Under the pieces are notes generated by a model, which searched no databases, was not told the origin of the DNA, and saw nothing but the letters and a program-made list of their open reading frames with translations. From a virus: a DNA stretch of 64,000 nucleotides. The DNA is taken from the IMG/VR virus record IMGVR_UViG_3300044691_000229, positions 3,659-67,658 of that record; one strand, 5' to 3'. The position numbers and the translations under genes were made by a program. This document shows positions 47,168 through 55,097 of the stretch, piece by piece (position 1 is the first letter of the stretch; each line of letters begins with the position of its first letter).

Positions 47168-47206
47168 AAAAAATAAGAGCCCCGGAGAGGTAACTCCAGG
47201 GCTCTT
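47168..47206 (-). terminator. Intrinsic terminator after the major capsid gene
   Basis: AAGAGCCCTGGAG...CTCCGGGGCTCTT followed by ATTTTTT on the - strand. Confidence 0.8.
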
Positions 47207-47226
47207 AAGCATTACTTTACGCCCGA

Positions 47227-48237
47227 TTAGGAGTTCGGGGTCACCTGAGCCTGGACCAGCGCCTTGCCGTCCACGACCTGGTAGCCGTAGACCTGCAAAC
47301 CGCGCAGGATTTGGCCGAAGGTCAGCTCGGACCGAAGGGTCTCGACCTTGCTGATCTGGGAGGCGAACGTCAGGCCGTGCGCGTGGCCCGCGAAGATCGG
47401 CCATTCACCGGCGTTGAAGTTCGCGCTGTCGGTGCTGTTGTTCGGCAACAGGTTGGAGACGTAGATCGTGAACCGATCGATCATGCCCAGCCGGCCGTTA
47501 CGCAGCATCGACACGCTGTCGCCCGACAAGTACGCCTGACGAAGCTCAGACTGCTTGATCATGCGGCCAGCCCACGACGGCATCACGGCCCAGCGGCCGA
47601 TCTCCGGAATGTTCTGTTCGTCGAGCACCTGGCCCATGCGCATCAGCACGTCCAGAAGTTCGATGTCGCCGACGCCAGGGTTCTTGGACACGACCGAGAG
47701 GGGCGTACCCTTGACACCGAGGTTGATGTTGCCGGTGATAACGCCGGCCGAGGTGCCGCGGTTTGCCGCGACCATCTGACCGACGATACCGTCCAGCACG
47801 TCGCTGTCGACGGTGATCTTGAGCTGCTGCGCCGCGTCGTCCGACCACATCGAGAGGATGTTCAGATCGCTCTGAATTTCCATGACGTCGTCGAGGATCA
47901 GCGAGAAGTATTTGCCGTTGCCGATATACAACTCCACGGTGCCGCCGGTCGGCCGGTCGAGGCCGAGCAAACCGTCAGACGAGTAATTGTGGATCGAGAT
48001 CGTGGGCTTCGTGCGAATTTTGACGCGGTCGCCCTTGTTCTTGATCTCGCCCTCGTAGTCGGTGTTCGAGATCGCCGCAAGAACGGTTGACGCGTAGAAT
48101 TTCTCCACGAGCTTACCAGACCAAATTTCCGGAATGAAACCCGTCGCCTGGAGGGCATTGCCCGAGCTCCCTACTGGGTAGAGGGCGGGGGAAGAGCCCG
48201 ACGTTGCGCCGGGAAAACCTGCACTGGGAATGGCCAT
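47227..48237 (-). CDS. Major capsid protein
   Basis: FIPEIWSGKL..KFY...N.DYEGEI...GD.V.I; RGLQVYG; follows the scaffold. Confidence 0.9.
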   Translation of the reverse strand: MAIPSAGFPGATSGSSPALYPVGSSGNALQATGFIPEIWSGKLVEKFYASTVLAAISNTDYEGEIKNKGDRVKIRTKPTISIHNYSSDGLLGLDRPTGGTVELYIGNGKYFSLILDDVMEIQSDLNILSMWSDDAAQQLKITVDSDVLDGIVGQMVAANRGTSAGVITGNINLGVKGTPLSVVSKNPGVGDIELLDVLMRMGQVLDEQNIPEIGRWAVMPSWAGRMIKQSELRQAYLSGDSVSMLRNGRLGMIDRFTIYVSNLLPNNSTDSANFNAGEWPIFAGHAHGLTFASQISKVETLRSELTFGQILRGLQVYGYQVVDGKALVQAQVTPNS

Positions 48238-48291
48238 AACTGGGCCCCTTTACGTTTAGGGGCTCAGCACATTGGTGTTAGAGGCCCCCGA

Positions 48292-49434
48292 TTACCGGAT
48301 GCGCCCTTCAGCCATTGCTGCCTGGAAATCTGCCTCTTGCGCCCGGTACTCGGTCTCTCGACCGGCCCATAGGCCTTTCTGGCTTTCTCGGTAGAAATTG
48401 CTGATTTGAGCGCGTGAATAGATCGGCTTATCGGCGGGCATCTGGCTGTTGCCTGATGCCGGGCGGGCCCTGCCGGGGGCTGCGAGCGTCTCCAGGTTCA
48501 GCGCGGGGGTTCGAGGAGCTTGCTCTTGTGGAGCGGGGAGCTGTTCAAACTGCGCTGCCGGAGCCGTCTGGCCCGTGGCTTGTACTTCCGCAAGGAAGTC
48601 TCGGAATAGAGCGATCACTTTCGGGGCTTCCGCGCCGTTGACCGCTGCATCCAACATCTGCTTACGTATCTGCCCAGTATAAACGTTTGGTAAACGCAGC
48701 CAGTTGATGAACTGGGGCGACGTGTTGATCGCCCTCCAATTCGGAAGTTTTCCATCCAACACCGAGAGCAGCTCTCGCTTGCCGGTGTTTTGCACGCGTT
48801 GGGTCAGGCGTTGATTATCCGCCCGCAATTGCTCGATTTCTGGGTTCACCACCGACATCGCGGCGCGGCGCGCGAGATCAATCATCTCGTCGCCGTAGTT
48901 GGCGCGATCCTCGTCCGTGATCAAGTTTGCGTGAGGAGTGTCCGAACGGGCTGGTTGGGCCGCCTGGGGAGCCTGCTGTCCGATCAAAGCCTGAGTTCGC
49001 ACGAGCTCCTCGCCAAGCTGGCGCATCTGCTCTTCCATCGAGCCGATTGTCCGCTGGTTCGCGTGAAAGCGCCCCTGCATCGAGAGAAACCGCCGGCGCC
49101 ATTCGGCGGCGTCGACGTTCTGGTCGTCCGGCTGTGGCTGCGGCTGCGGTTCTGGCTGCGGCTGCGGTTGTTGGGCGGCGCGCGCGGCTGCTTCAGCTGC
49201 TTGTGCTTCGGCGTTCGGAGGATCAGAAGAGTGTAGCGGCTCAGGGGTGGGGGGCTGCGGCACGGCCTCCTTGTTGGGCGCCGGGGCCTGCTCAAGGTCC
49301 TTCGGGTAGTGCTGCTGGTGGATTGCTTCGGCTTCGGCCGCGGCCCGGCGCACATGCTCCGGAACGACCACATTAGGGTCGGCGGATAGCTGCGTCAGTT
49401 TGTCGCCAGGTTTGATGTTCTCAGAAACGGCCAT
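48292..49434 (-). CDS. Capsid scaffolding protein
   Basis: Pro/Gln-rich coiled coil directly upstream of the capsid; C-terminal A..EGRIR. Confidence 0.7.
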   Translation of the reverse strand: MAVSENIKPGDKLTQLSADPNVVVPEHVRRAAAEAEAIHQQHYPKDLEQAPAPNKEAVPQPPTPEPLHSSDPPNAEAQAAEAAARAAQQPQPQPEPQPQPQPDDQNVDAAEWRRRFLSMQGRFHANQRTIGSMEEQMRQLGEELVRTQALIGQQAPQAAQPARSDTPHANLITDEDRANYGDEMIDLARRAAMSVVNPEIEQLRADNQRLTQRVQNTGKRELLSVLDGKLPNWRAINTSPQFINWLRLPNVYTGQIRKQMLDAAVNGAEAPKVIALFRDFLAEVQATGQTAPAAQFEQLPAPQEQAPRTPALNLETLAAPGRARPASGNSQMPADKPIYSRAQISNFYRESQKGLWAGRETEYRAQEADFQAAMAEGRIR

Positions 49435-49444
49435 TGGTTAGCTC

Positions 49445-49687
49445 CTAGGGGGACTTCGGTTGGGGTTGGACGTGGCAAGTCCTGAACAGCGCCAGGAGAT
49501 GCAGAAAAGCCTTGGCTTTGCCTTGGGCGACCAGGATTTCGTGTTGCTCGGCGTTTGTTACCGCCACGGTAACATCGGTGGCATAGGCGTCGAAGCACTC
49601 GACAAACGTCTCCCACTCACGCGGAGCGGCGACCCGGAGCGCTTGGGAATAGACGCGGAGGACGTCAGACGGGGTGGTCGAGCTCAA
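49445..49687 (-). CDS. Hypothetical protein
   Basis: QG.A.A pattern typical of small portal-scaffold region genes. Confidence 0.6.
   Translation of the reverse strand: MSSTTPSDVLRVYSQALRVAAPREWETFVECFDAYATDVTVAVTNAEQHEILVAQGKAKAFLHLLALFRTCHVQPQPKSP
49558..49572. repeat. Dispersed palindrome copy TTACCGCCACGGTAA
   Basis: Perfect arms; coding (VTVAVT). Confidence 0.95.
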
Positions 49688-49914
49688 GCAATACCGTTCC
49701 CGCTCCAGGAACCAGAACCAAGGCCGTCAGGCGTGGGAGCAGGTCGCTGGGGCTGCGCCATTGGGGTGGCTTTGCCGTAGGACTGAAAGCTCGCCGGGCC
49801 ACCACCAGAGGCGGCGCCGGGGAGGGTGCGCTGGCTTGATCCCTTGTCGGGGGCGTTGTCCAGGGAACCCTTTTTAGAGTGTGGCTGCAGGGGCGTCATA
49901 TGCTTCTTGAACAT
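49684..49914 (-). CDS. Hypothetical protein
   Basis: Coupled; YGK motif shared with its neighbour. Confidence 0.55.
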   Translation of the reverse strand: MFKKHMTPLQPHSKKGSLDNAPDKGSSQRTLPGAASGGGPASFQSYGKATPMAQPQRPAPTPDGLGSGSWSGNGIA

Positions 49915-50132
49915 CAGATGCCTCCGATACGTGACCCACCATCAGTGGGCCCAAAAGGACTTGGCGATGGCGCCGGCGGCGAGATGGCGGGCGCCGGCTT
50001 GCCGTAGTCTCGCGTGTTCTTGACGCGCGGGGAGGGGGCTTTGCCCGAAGGACCAACAGCCGACGCTGACCCCGGATTGGGGACAGTCATCGGCGCGGCG
50101 ATCCCGCGTGGCTTGATGGTCTGGCGCTGCAT
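49914..50132 (-). CDS. Hypothetical protein
   Basis: Coupled; Pro-rich. Confidence 0.55.
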   Translation of the reverse strand: MQRQTIKPRGIAAPMTVPNPGSASAVGPSGKAPSPRVKNTRDYGKPAPAISPPAPSPSPFGPTDGGSRIGGI

Positions 50133-50133
50133 G

Positions 50134-50382
50134 TTAGCGAGCGCTGGTCTTGCCGGCCTCGGCAGATTGCGATCCGGCGTACCCGAACATCTTGTTCGTG
50201 CCGCCCTTGGCGAACTTGTCGCCGGACCCGCCGTCGGGAGAATGCTCGGTGACGCCGGGCTTCTGCTCGCCGGCCTGCTCCTTCGGAGCGGTCACGGTGC
50301 GGTCACCCTTGCCGAACATCGGGGTGTCGCCGCCTTTGGCGAAGTCAGCGTTCTTGGGCTTCTTGGGAAGGAAGGATGCCAT
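50134..50382 (-). CDS. Hypothetical protein with a duplicated FAKGG..MFG motif
   Basis: FAKGGDTPMFG / FAKGGTNKMFG; RBS AGGAG. Confidence 0.65.
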   Translation of the reverse strand: MASFLPKKPKNADFAKGGDTPMFGKGDRTVTAPKEQAGEQKPGVTEHSPDGGSGDKFAKGGTNKMFGYAGSQSAEAGKTSAR

Positions 50383-50435
50383 GGTCTCACTCCTGGGGAG
50401 AAAAAACTATCAGGAGCGAGATAGAGCCCAGCAGC

Positions 50436-50450
50436 TTAAAAACTACTTAA
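50436..50450. promoter_or_regulatory. CtrA-type box TTAA-N7-TTAA
   Basis: TTAA AAACTAC TTAA, ~54 bp upstream of the 50382 start heading the scaffold/capsid run. Confidence 0.6.
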
Positions 50451-51003
50451 TGCCGACGACAAGGACTTCAGGCTTCGGGGTCGAGAGTGCGCAGATAGCC
50501 CGGTATCCCTTGATGTGGTCGTAAAGATCGCGCTCGATACCGTTTGGCATTTTGTAGGGGCCCACATCCTCCATGAAGTAACGTCCGCCTTCCTTGAGGT
50601 ATGGCGCGAGGGAGTTCATCAGGAAAATTTGAGGGGCTGGGTCATGCACGGCATCGTCGACGATCATGTCAAACTCGCCGCCGAAGTGGTCGATCGCCTC
50701 GTGCAGTTGCCAATCATTGTACGCGTCACACTGCATGGTGCGGATGCGCTGCTGGTCGTTGAAGATGAAGCGGCCATCGTTGTCCAGGCCATAAATCTCT
50801 GCATAAGGGAAGAAGTCTCTCCAACAAAACAAACTCGCCCCGACGACATTACCAGGGATGTCGCGATAGCCGCAGATGCCGATCTCCAGCACTCGCTTCA
50901 CTTCGAAGCGGCGTGGTCCCATCAACTTCTCGTAATACTCGGTGTAGCCCCAGATGCCTTTATCAGTGCCATACTTCGTGAACAGGCTTTCGAGGTGGCT
51001 CAT
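50443..51003 (-). CDS. Class I SAM-dependent methyltransferase (sugar O-methyltransferase-like)
   Basis: YGTDK...Y...Y, VLEIGI, GASL..W..FFP.A.IYGLD, FDMIVDDAVH, L..GG.Y..ED. Confidence 0.8.
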   Translation of the reverse strand: MSHLESLFTKYGTDKGIWGYTEYYEKLMGPRRFEVKRVLEIGICGYRDIPGNVVGASLFCWRDFFPYAEIYGLDNDGRFIFNDQQRIRTMQCDAYNDWQLHEAIDHFGGEFDMIVDDAVHDPAPQIFLMNSLAPYLKEGGRYFMEDVGPYKMPNGIERDLYDHIKGYRAICALSTPKPEVLVVGIK

Positions 51004-51662
51004 GATTTCAGCTCCAGATTGTTGAACATGCTGACGTCGTGGTCGGCCTTGTACCAGTGGAAGGGGAGTTTGCCCTTGGCCTCGATCCGGGCCCAGGTAT
51101 TCACTTCCCACTCGACGCTCTTAGTCGAAGAAATATGCTGACGTGCAGCAACACGACAAGCGTAGTCAAGCTGATCCACCAGACGGCGAGGAACGGCAAG
51201 CACAGAGCCGCAAAAGCGCCAACAAGGATACGCCGCCTCCACGACTTGTGGCTTGTCCCAGCAGCCGGGCGTGTAAATCGCTTTGTCATCCAGCTTCTCC
51301 ATGAACTCGTAGATCGCCTGATTGTTGACACCCGTAAGTCTGAACACGCCGTAATCGACCCACACGAGGATATCTGCCTCGGGGTCCTCGTCCGCCGCCT
51401 GTACGAGCCACGACGTCTTCTGGTGGTTGACGCAGTGGTAGGCCAGCGAGTTCTTCATCGGATTGTCGTGCTCCGACGACCGCGGCACGAACGGTAGCTT
51501 CTGGATGTACTTGTGCATCCAGGTGTCCTGGACCTTCATGTAGAAGGCTTTCTTGCGCACCGGGACGCCGCTTAGTTTCTCTCCGAGCTCGCCATACTCG
51601 CTTGCGGTGCGGGGGTGGTTGGGGATCGGAACATAACCGGTGACGAGCTTAGCCTTCAACAT
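51000..51662 (-). CDS. HtrL/WlaTC-like putative glycosyltransferase
   Basis: LVTGY, Y.....K..W, WVDYG, PCWRFCG, WEVN.WA, WY.ADH patterns. Confidence 0.6.
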   Translation of the reverse strand: MLKAKLVTGYVPIPNHPRTASEYGELGEKLSGVPVRKKAFYMKVQDTWMHKYIQKLPFVPRSSEHDNPMKNSLAYHCVNHQKTSWLVQAADEDPEADILVWVDYGVFRLTGVNNQAIYEFMEKLDDKAIYTPGCWDKPQVVEAAYPCWRFCGSVLAVPRRLVDQLDYACRVAARQHISSTKSVEWEVNTWARIEAKGKLPFHWYKADHDVSMFNNLELKS

Positions 51663-53697
51663 GGTGAGCTTTCCAAAGCAGTTGAGCAACATCTTCTTGC
51701 GATACCGTCGCGATCCACGCTTCAGCATCGCGCACGCCGAACGAGAGTATCAAGTCGTTCATATTCGGGTGCTGCGCGAGACCTGCACAGAACTCGATCT
51801 GACGATCTAGGAATACGAACGGCATGCTTAGACGCCTGAATGTCCCATCGTGATCGAAGTAGGCGAAGCGGTGCCAGTAGGTGCGCTTGCCGTCTGGGCC
51901 AGTGAGCGCCTCATGCACAACGGCAAGCCGGCCGCCACGGAACACGATAAGCTGCGACCCTCCGCTGATGTTGTCAGTGTATATCCCGTTCTGGTAGATC
52001 GTGGCACCAGATGGTGACGCATCAGCATGGACAATTTCGTTAAGGCGATAGACGAAGTCCTGGACGCCATCGCGAGGGAGCGGCATCCAGTTTTTCTCGT
52101 GCTTGTCTTCGCCTGACATGATCTGCCATGCGGCAACGCGCCATTCTGTAGGACCATCAGCCCGGAGATTATCGCGCCACATTTCGAGCCTGCCCCTGGC
52201 CTGCTGGCAGGTGCCATTTGGGCTGCACTCGCGAACGCAGGCGCTGAACCAAAGTTCGCCACGTGAGCGACGTGAGCGACGTGAGCGATAGAGCCTGATA
52301 TCTTCGAGGCCGGTCACTTGTGGGAAGGCCGCGGGCGGCCGATCCCAGATAATCTCCGCGACATCCTTCACATCGAGCTTGGTGTCTAGCCTGGCGAGGA
52401 AATTGCGCGTGTCGATCGGAGCGTCGTTGCACTCCAGAGGGCCAATCATATAGCGGCCATGCTCGTCGATCTTGTAGTTCACGCAGCGGATGTTGCACGT
52501 GATCTTGCCGTTACACTCTTCGACCGATGGGTTCATCGCGGTGTAGCCAGACGGCGGAGTGAACTGTAGTTGCTTGGGGTTGAACGAGGGGCAGTGCTCT
52601 TTCAGTGGCTTCGTGAAGTGGTAGAGGCTGTTGCGCGCGCTCCAGCGGAAGGCTTCCGGGCACGTTTTATCGAGCGCGAGATCATCCGTAACCTCAAACG
52701 CGCGGCCACGCTCTTTCTCGTCGTAGTATCCAGCGATCGAATACTCATAACGAAGACCGTGGCTGTAGACAAAGTCATTAACAAAAAGAAGGTCATCTGG
52801 TCGCTTTAGGTTGGTGCCGGCTTTCGCAAACAGCAGGGCAGGGTGGTTGTGTCCCTTCTCGCGATATTGTTTCGCAAGATCATACAGCGGCTCGGCCCGG
52901 GATGGGCGAAAGCGGTAGGCGTCCAACATCCCAAGTACGAAGCCGGCTTCATCCAGGGTGTCTTTCAAGCAAGTGGCGAGGTTCATCATCGCGCTGTGGG
53001 TTTCTTCTTCCCAGCCGCCTAACGCGATCCTCTTCCGGTACGCTTCGATTGCCAAGTCGTAACGGCCCCAATCACGGTACGTGTTGCCCAGATAATATAG
53101 ATAACGACCATTGTTTGGGTCTTCCTTCAGGGCATCTTCCAGGAGTTTTGCGTCGCGCGGATATTTGTCGGCGCGGTTCGAGCCGTCGGCGTGATCGATG
53201 AAGCTGGCGCCGGTGATCATCCCAGCAGCGGGCACATCGAGATATTCATGCGTCACACCGACGTATGGCGATGTCGGCCATGAGAGATTGACGATGCGGC
53301 GGTTCGCATATGACACCGCGCCAGCTTTCTGCATCATGTCGTAGGACAGTGCGTTTGCATCTAGGAGCATCAGCGCGTGCGGGTTATCTACCACAAGCTC
53401 CATGTCGGCATCGACAAGCAGCGCGAACTGGCACCAGCGATCGCCAGTATTGTAGTCGCGGGCGACTTCGAACGCCAGATTGCGGGCCTGTGAGAAATTC
53501 TCGAACGGCCCCTCGGCGATCACATACGGCACGCTATGGTCTTCGCACACTCGCTGGATGATTTCTTTGGTGTCATCAGTCGATCCAGTGTCGAGGATCG
53601 CGACGGCTTTGACGGAAGGGAGGACGGAAGAGAGGCAGCGCTCGATGCGATCTGCCTCGTTCTTCACGATCATGTTTAGGCACAGCGAGGGCTTCAT
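51649..53697 (-). CDS. GT2 glycosyltransferase + TPR + C-terminal beta-propeller (glycoside hydrolase-like) fusion
   Basis: LNMIVKNE...IERCL, LDTGSTD, NFS.ARN, DADM, HE; TPR RYLYYLGNTY; NPSV, GLEDIRL, EKNWMP, IEFCAGL, SFGVRD. Confidence 0.85.
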   Translation of the reverse strand: MKPSLCLNMIVKNEADRIERCLSSVLPSVKAVAILDTGSTDDTKEIIQRVCEDHSVPYVIAEGPFENFSQARNLAFEVARDYNTGDRWCQFALLVDADMELVVDNPHALMLLDANALSYDMMQKAGAVSYANRRIVNLSWPTSPYVGVTHEYLDVPAAGMITGASFIDHADGSNRADKYPRDAKLLEDALKEDPNNGRYLYYLGNTYRDWGRYDLAIEAYRKRIALGGWEEETHSAMMNLATCLKDTLDEAGFVLGMLDAYRFRPSRAEPLYDLAKQYREKGHNHPALLFAKAGTNLKRPDDLLFVNDFVYSHGLRYEYSIAGYYDEKERGRAFEVTDDLALDKTCPEAFRWSARNSLYHFTKPLKEHCPSFNPKQLQFTPPSGYTAMNPSVEECNGKITCNIRCVNYKIDEHGRYMIGPLECNDAPIDTRNFLARLDTKLDVKDVAEIIWDRPPAAFPQVTGLEDIRLYRSRRSRRSRGELWFSACVRECSPNGTCQQARGRLEMWRDNLRADGPTEWRVAAWQIMSGEDKHEKNWMPLPRDGVQDFVYRLNEIVHADASPSGATIYQNGIYTDNISGGSQLIVFRGGRLAVVHEALTGPDGKRTYWHRFAYFDHDGTFRRLSMPFVFLDRQIEFCAGLAQHPNMNDLILSFGVRDAEAWIATVSQEDVAQLLWKAHHVEG
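52261..52287. repeat. 9-bp tandem repeat (ACGTGAGCG)x3
   Basis: In frame; encodes RSRRSRRSR in the glycosyltransferase. Confidence 0.8.
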
Positions 53698-53729
53698 TTG
53701 CTTTCCTGAGTTGGGTTCAGGCGTTGCAA

Positions 53730-53744
53730 TTACCGTGGCGGTAA
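53730..53744. repeat. Dispersed palindrome copy TTACCGTGGCGGTAA (inverted core)
   Basis: Perfect arms; intergenic, just upstream of the GT2 gene. Confidence 0.95.
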
Positions 53745-53768
53745 CAACCAGAGCAAAACACTTTTACG

Positions 53769-54476
53769 TCAGCGGTTGATATTGGACCCGCCGGTCGAGA
53801 TGTCGAAGAACGCGCCGGTCGATCCGATGAACGTGCCGGTCTGGCTCGTTCCGGTCAAGCCAGTGACACCTACGTAGTTAAATCCGGTCATGCCGACTGG
53901 ACCAGTTCCGCCATTGACGTTCCAGATCGCGCCGGCGATACCAGGATCGAAGTTGGGCGGTATCCACACCGTCGTGGTGTTGAGCGGGCCCTTCAGACCT
54001 TGCATGTCGGCAGCTTTGCCAGTGACACCAGCAGGGCCAGTTGCACCGGTAGCCGAAGCCGCACCTGTGTTGCCCGCGGGGCCCGTTGAAGCTCCCTGCG
54101 GACCGGTATTGCCCGTCGGGCCAGTTGCGTTGCCGTTCTGAGTAGCCGAGGCCAGCGGTCCCAGAGGACCGAATGGTCCCTGGTACCCTTGGTTGCCAGT
54201 GAGACCTGTCGGACCAGTACCGAGACCGCCCGAGATATGCGGGCCAGTCGGGCTCGATCCCGTGGGACCCGTCGGTCCAGTGAACGCCGCGGCGCCCCCG
54301 CCGGTCGGGCCTTTGCCGCCAGTATTACCCAGCGGCCCAGGGATGTTCTTGGTGTTGATGAGATCGACAACCTGCTTCAATATCGAAGGGATGCGATTGT
54401 CGTCATAGGTATCCTTCGCGACCGCGGGCGGATCGGGGACGACTGGAACACCGAATACTTTGTTACCGATGGCCAT
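53769..54476 (-). CDS. Collagen-like GPT-repeat protein
   Basis: GPT repeats; LKQVVDLIN and IPP..DP...G.IW motifs shared with the next gene. Confidence 0.8.
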   Translation of the reverse strand: MAIGNKVFGVPVVPDPPAVAKDTYDDNRIPSILKQVVDLINTKNIPGPLGNTGGKGPTGGGAAAFTGPTGPTGSSPTGPHISGGLGTGPTGLTGNQGYQGPFGPLGPLASATQNGNATGPTGNTGPQGASTGPAGNTGAASATGATGPAGVTGKAADMQGLKGPLNTTTVWIPPNFDPGIAGAIWNVNGGTGPVGMTGFNYVGVTGLTGTSQTGTFIGSTGAFFDISTGGSNINR

Positions 54477-54488
54477 CTGTGCCCCCTA

Positions 54489-55007
54489 TTAACCAGCGGA
54501 CACGGTAAGCACACCGCTATTGACCCAGACCTGTCCCGCGACGTGCGGATCAGAGGTTGGCGGGATGATCACGACGCCGACGATGCCGGACGGACCGGTC
54601 GGGCCTGTTGCCCCGGTGGCACCTACCGCCCCAGTCGGACCGGTCACGCCGGTGCCCGTCGGGCCGGTATTACCGGTCACACCGGGAGTGGCGCCAGTCG
54701 CGCCAAGAGGACCTGCTGGGCCAGTCTGGCCTTGACCAGTTGCGCCGGTCGCTCCGGTTACACCAGCGGCACCTTGCGAGCCCTGCGGACCCTGCGGGCC
54801 TGTAATACCAAAAATTGGACCGGTCGGGCCGGTATTACCAGAAGGACCAGCAGGGCCGGTCGCGCCAGTGGATGAACCTGTCGGACCAGCCGGGCCAGTC
54901 ACACCCGTCGGGCCGCCTACAGAGCCGTTATTGATGACGTCGACAACCTGCTTTAGCACGTTGCCCAACATATTGCGGTCGTAATTGCGGCTCGAAAGAA
55001 TGCTCAT
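54489..55007 (-). CDS. Collagen-like GPT-repeat protein
   Basis: ~110 aa Gly-X-Thr; LKQVVDVIN; [14 protein letters not shown]. Confidence 0.85.
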   Translation of the reverse strand: MSILSSRNYDRNMLGNVLKQVVDVINNGSVGGPTGVTGPAGPTGSSTGATGPAGPSGNTGPTGPIFGITGPQGPQGSQGAAGVTGATGATGQGQTGPAGPLGATGATPGVTGNTGPTGTGVTGPTGAVGATGATGPTGPSGIVGVVIIPPTSDPHVAGQVWVNSGVLTVSAG

Positions 55008-55097
55008 CGCGGTCCCCTGTCAGGTGTCCCTGGCCTCGGCGAAATGCCGAACATATTTCACGGGTAGGGGAGAACCCTTACCAATTACTTTACGTCC

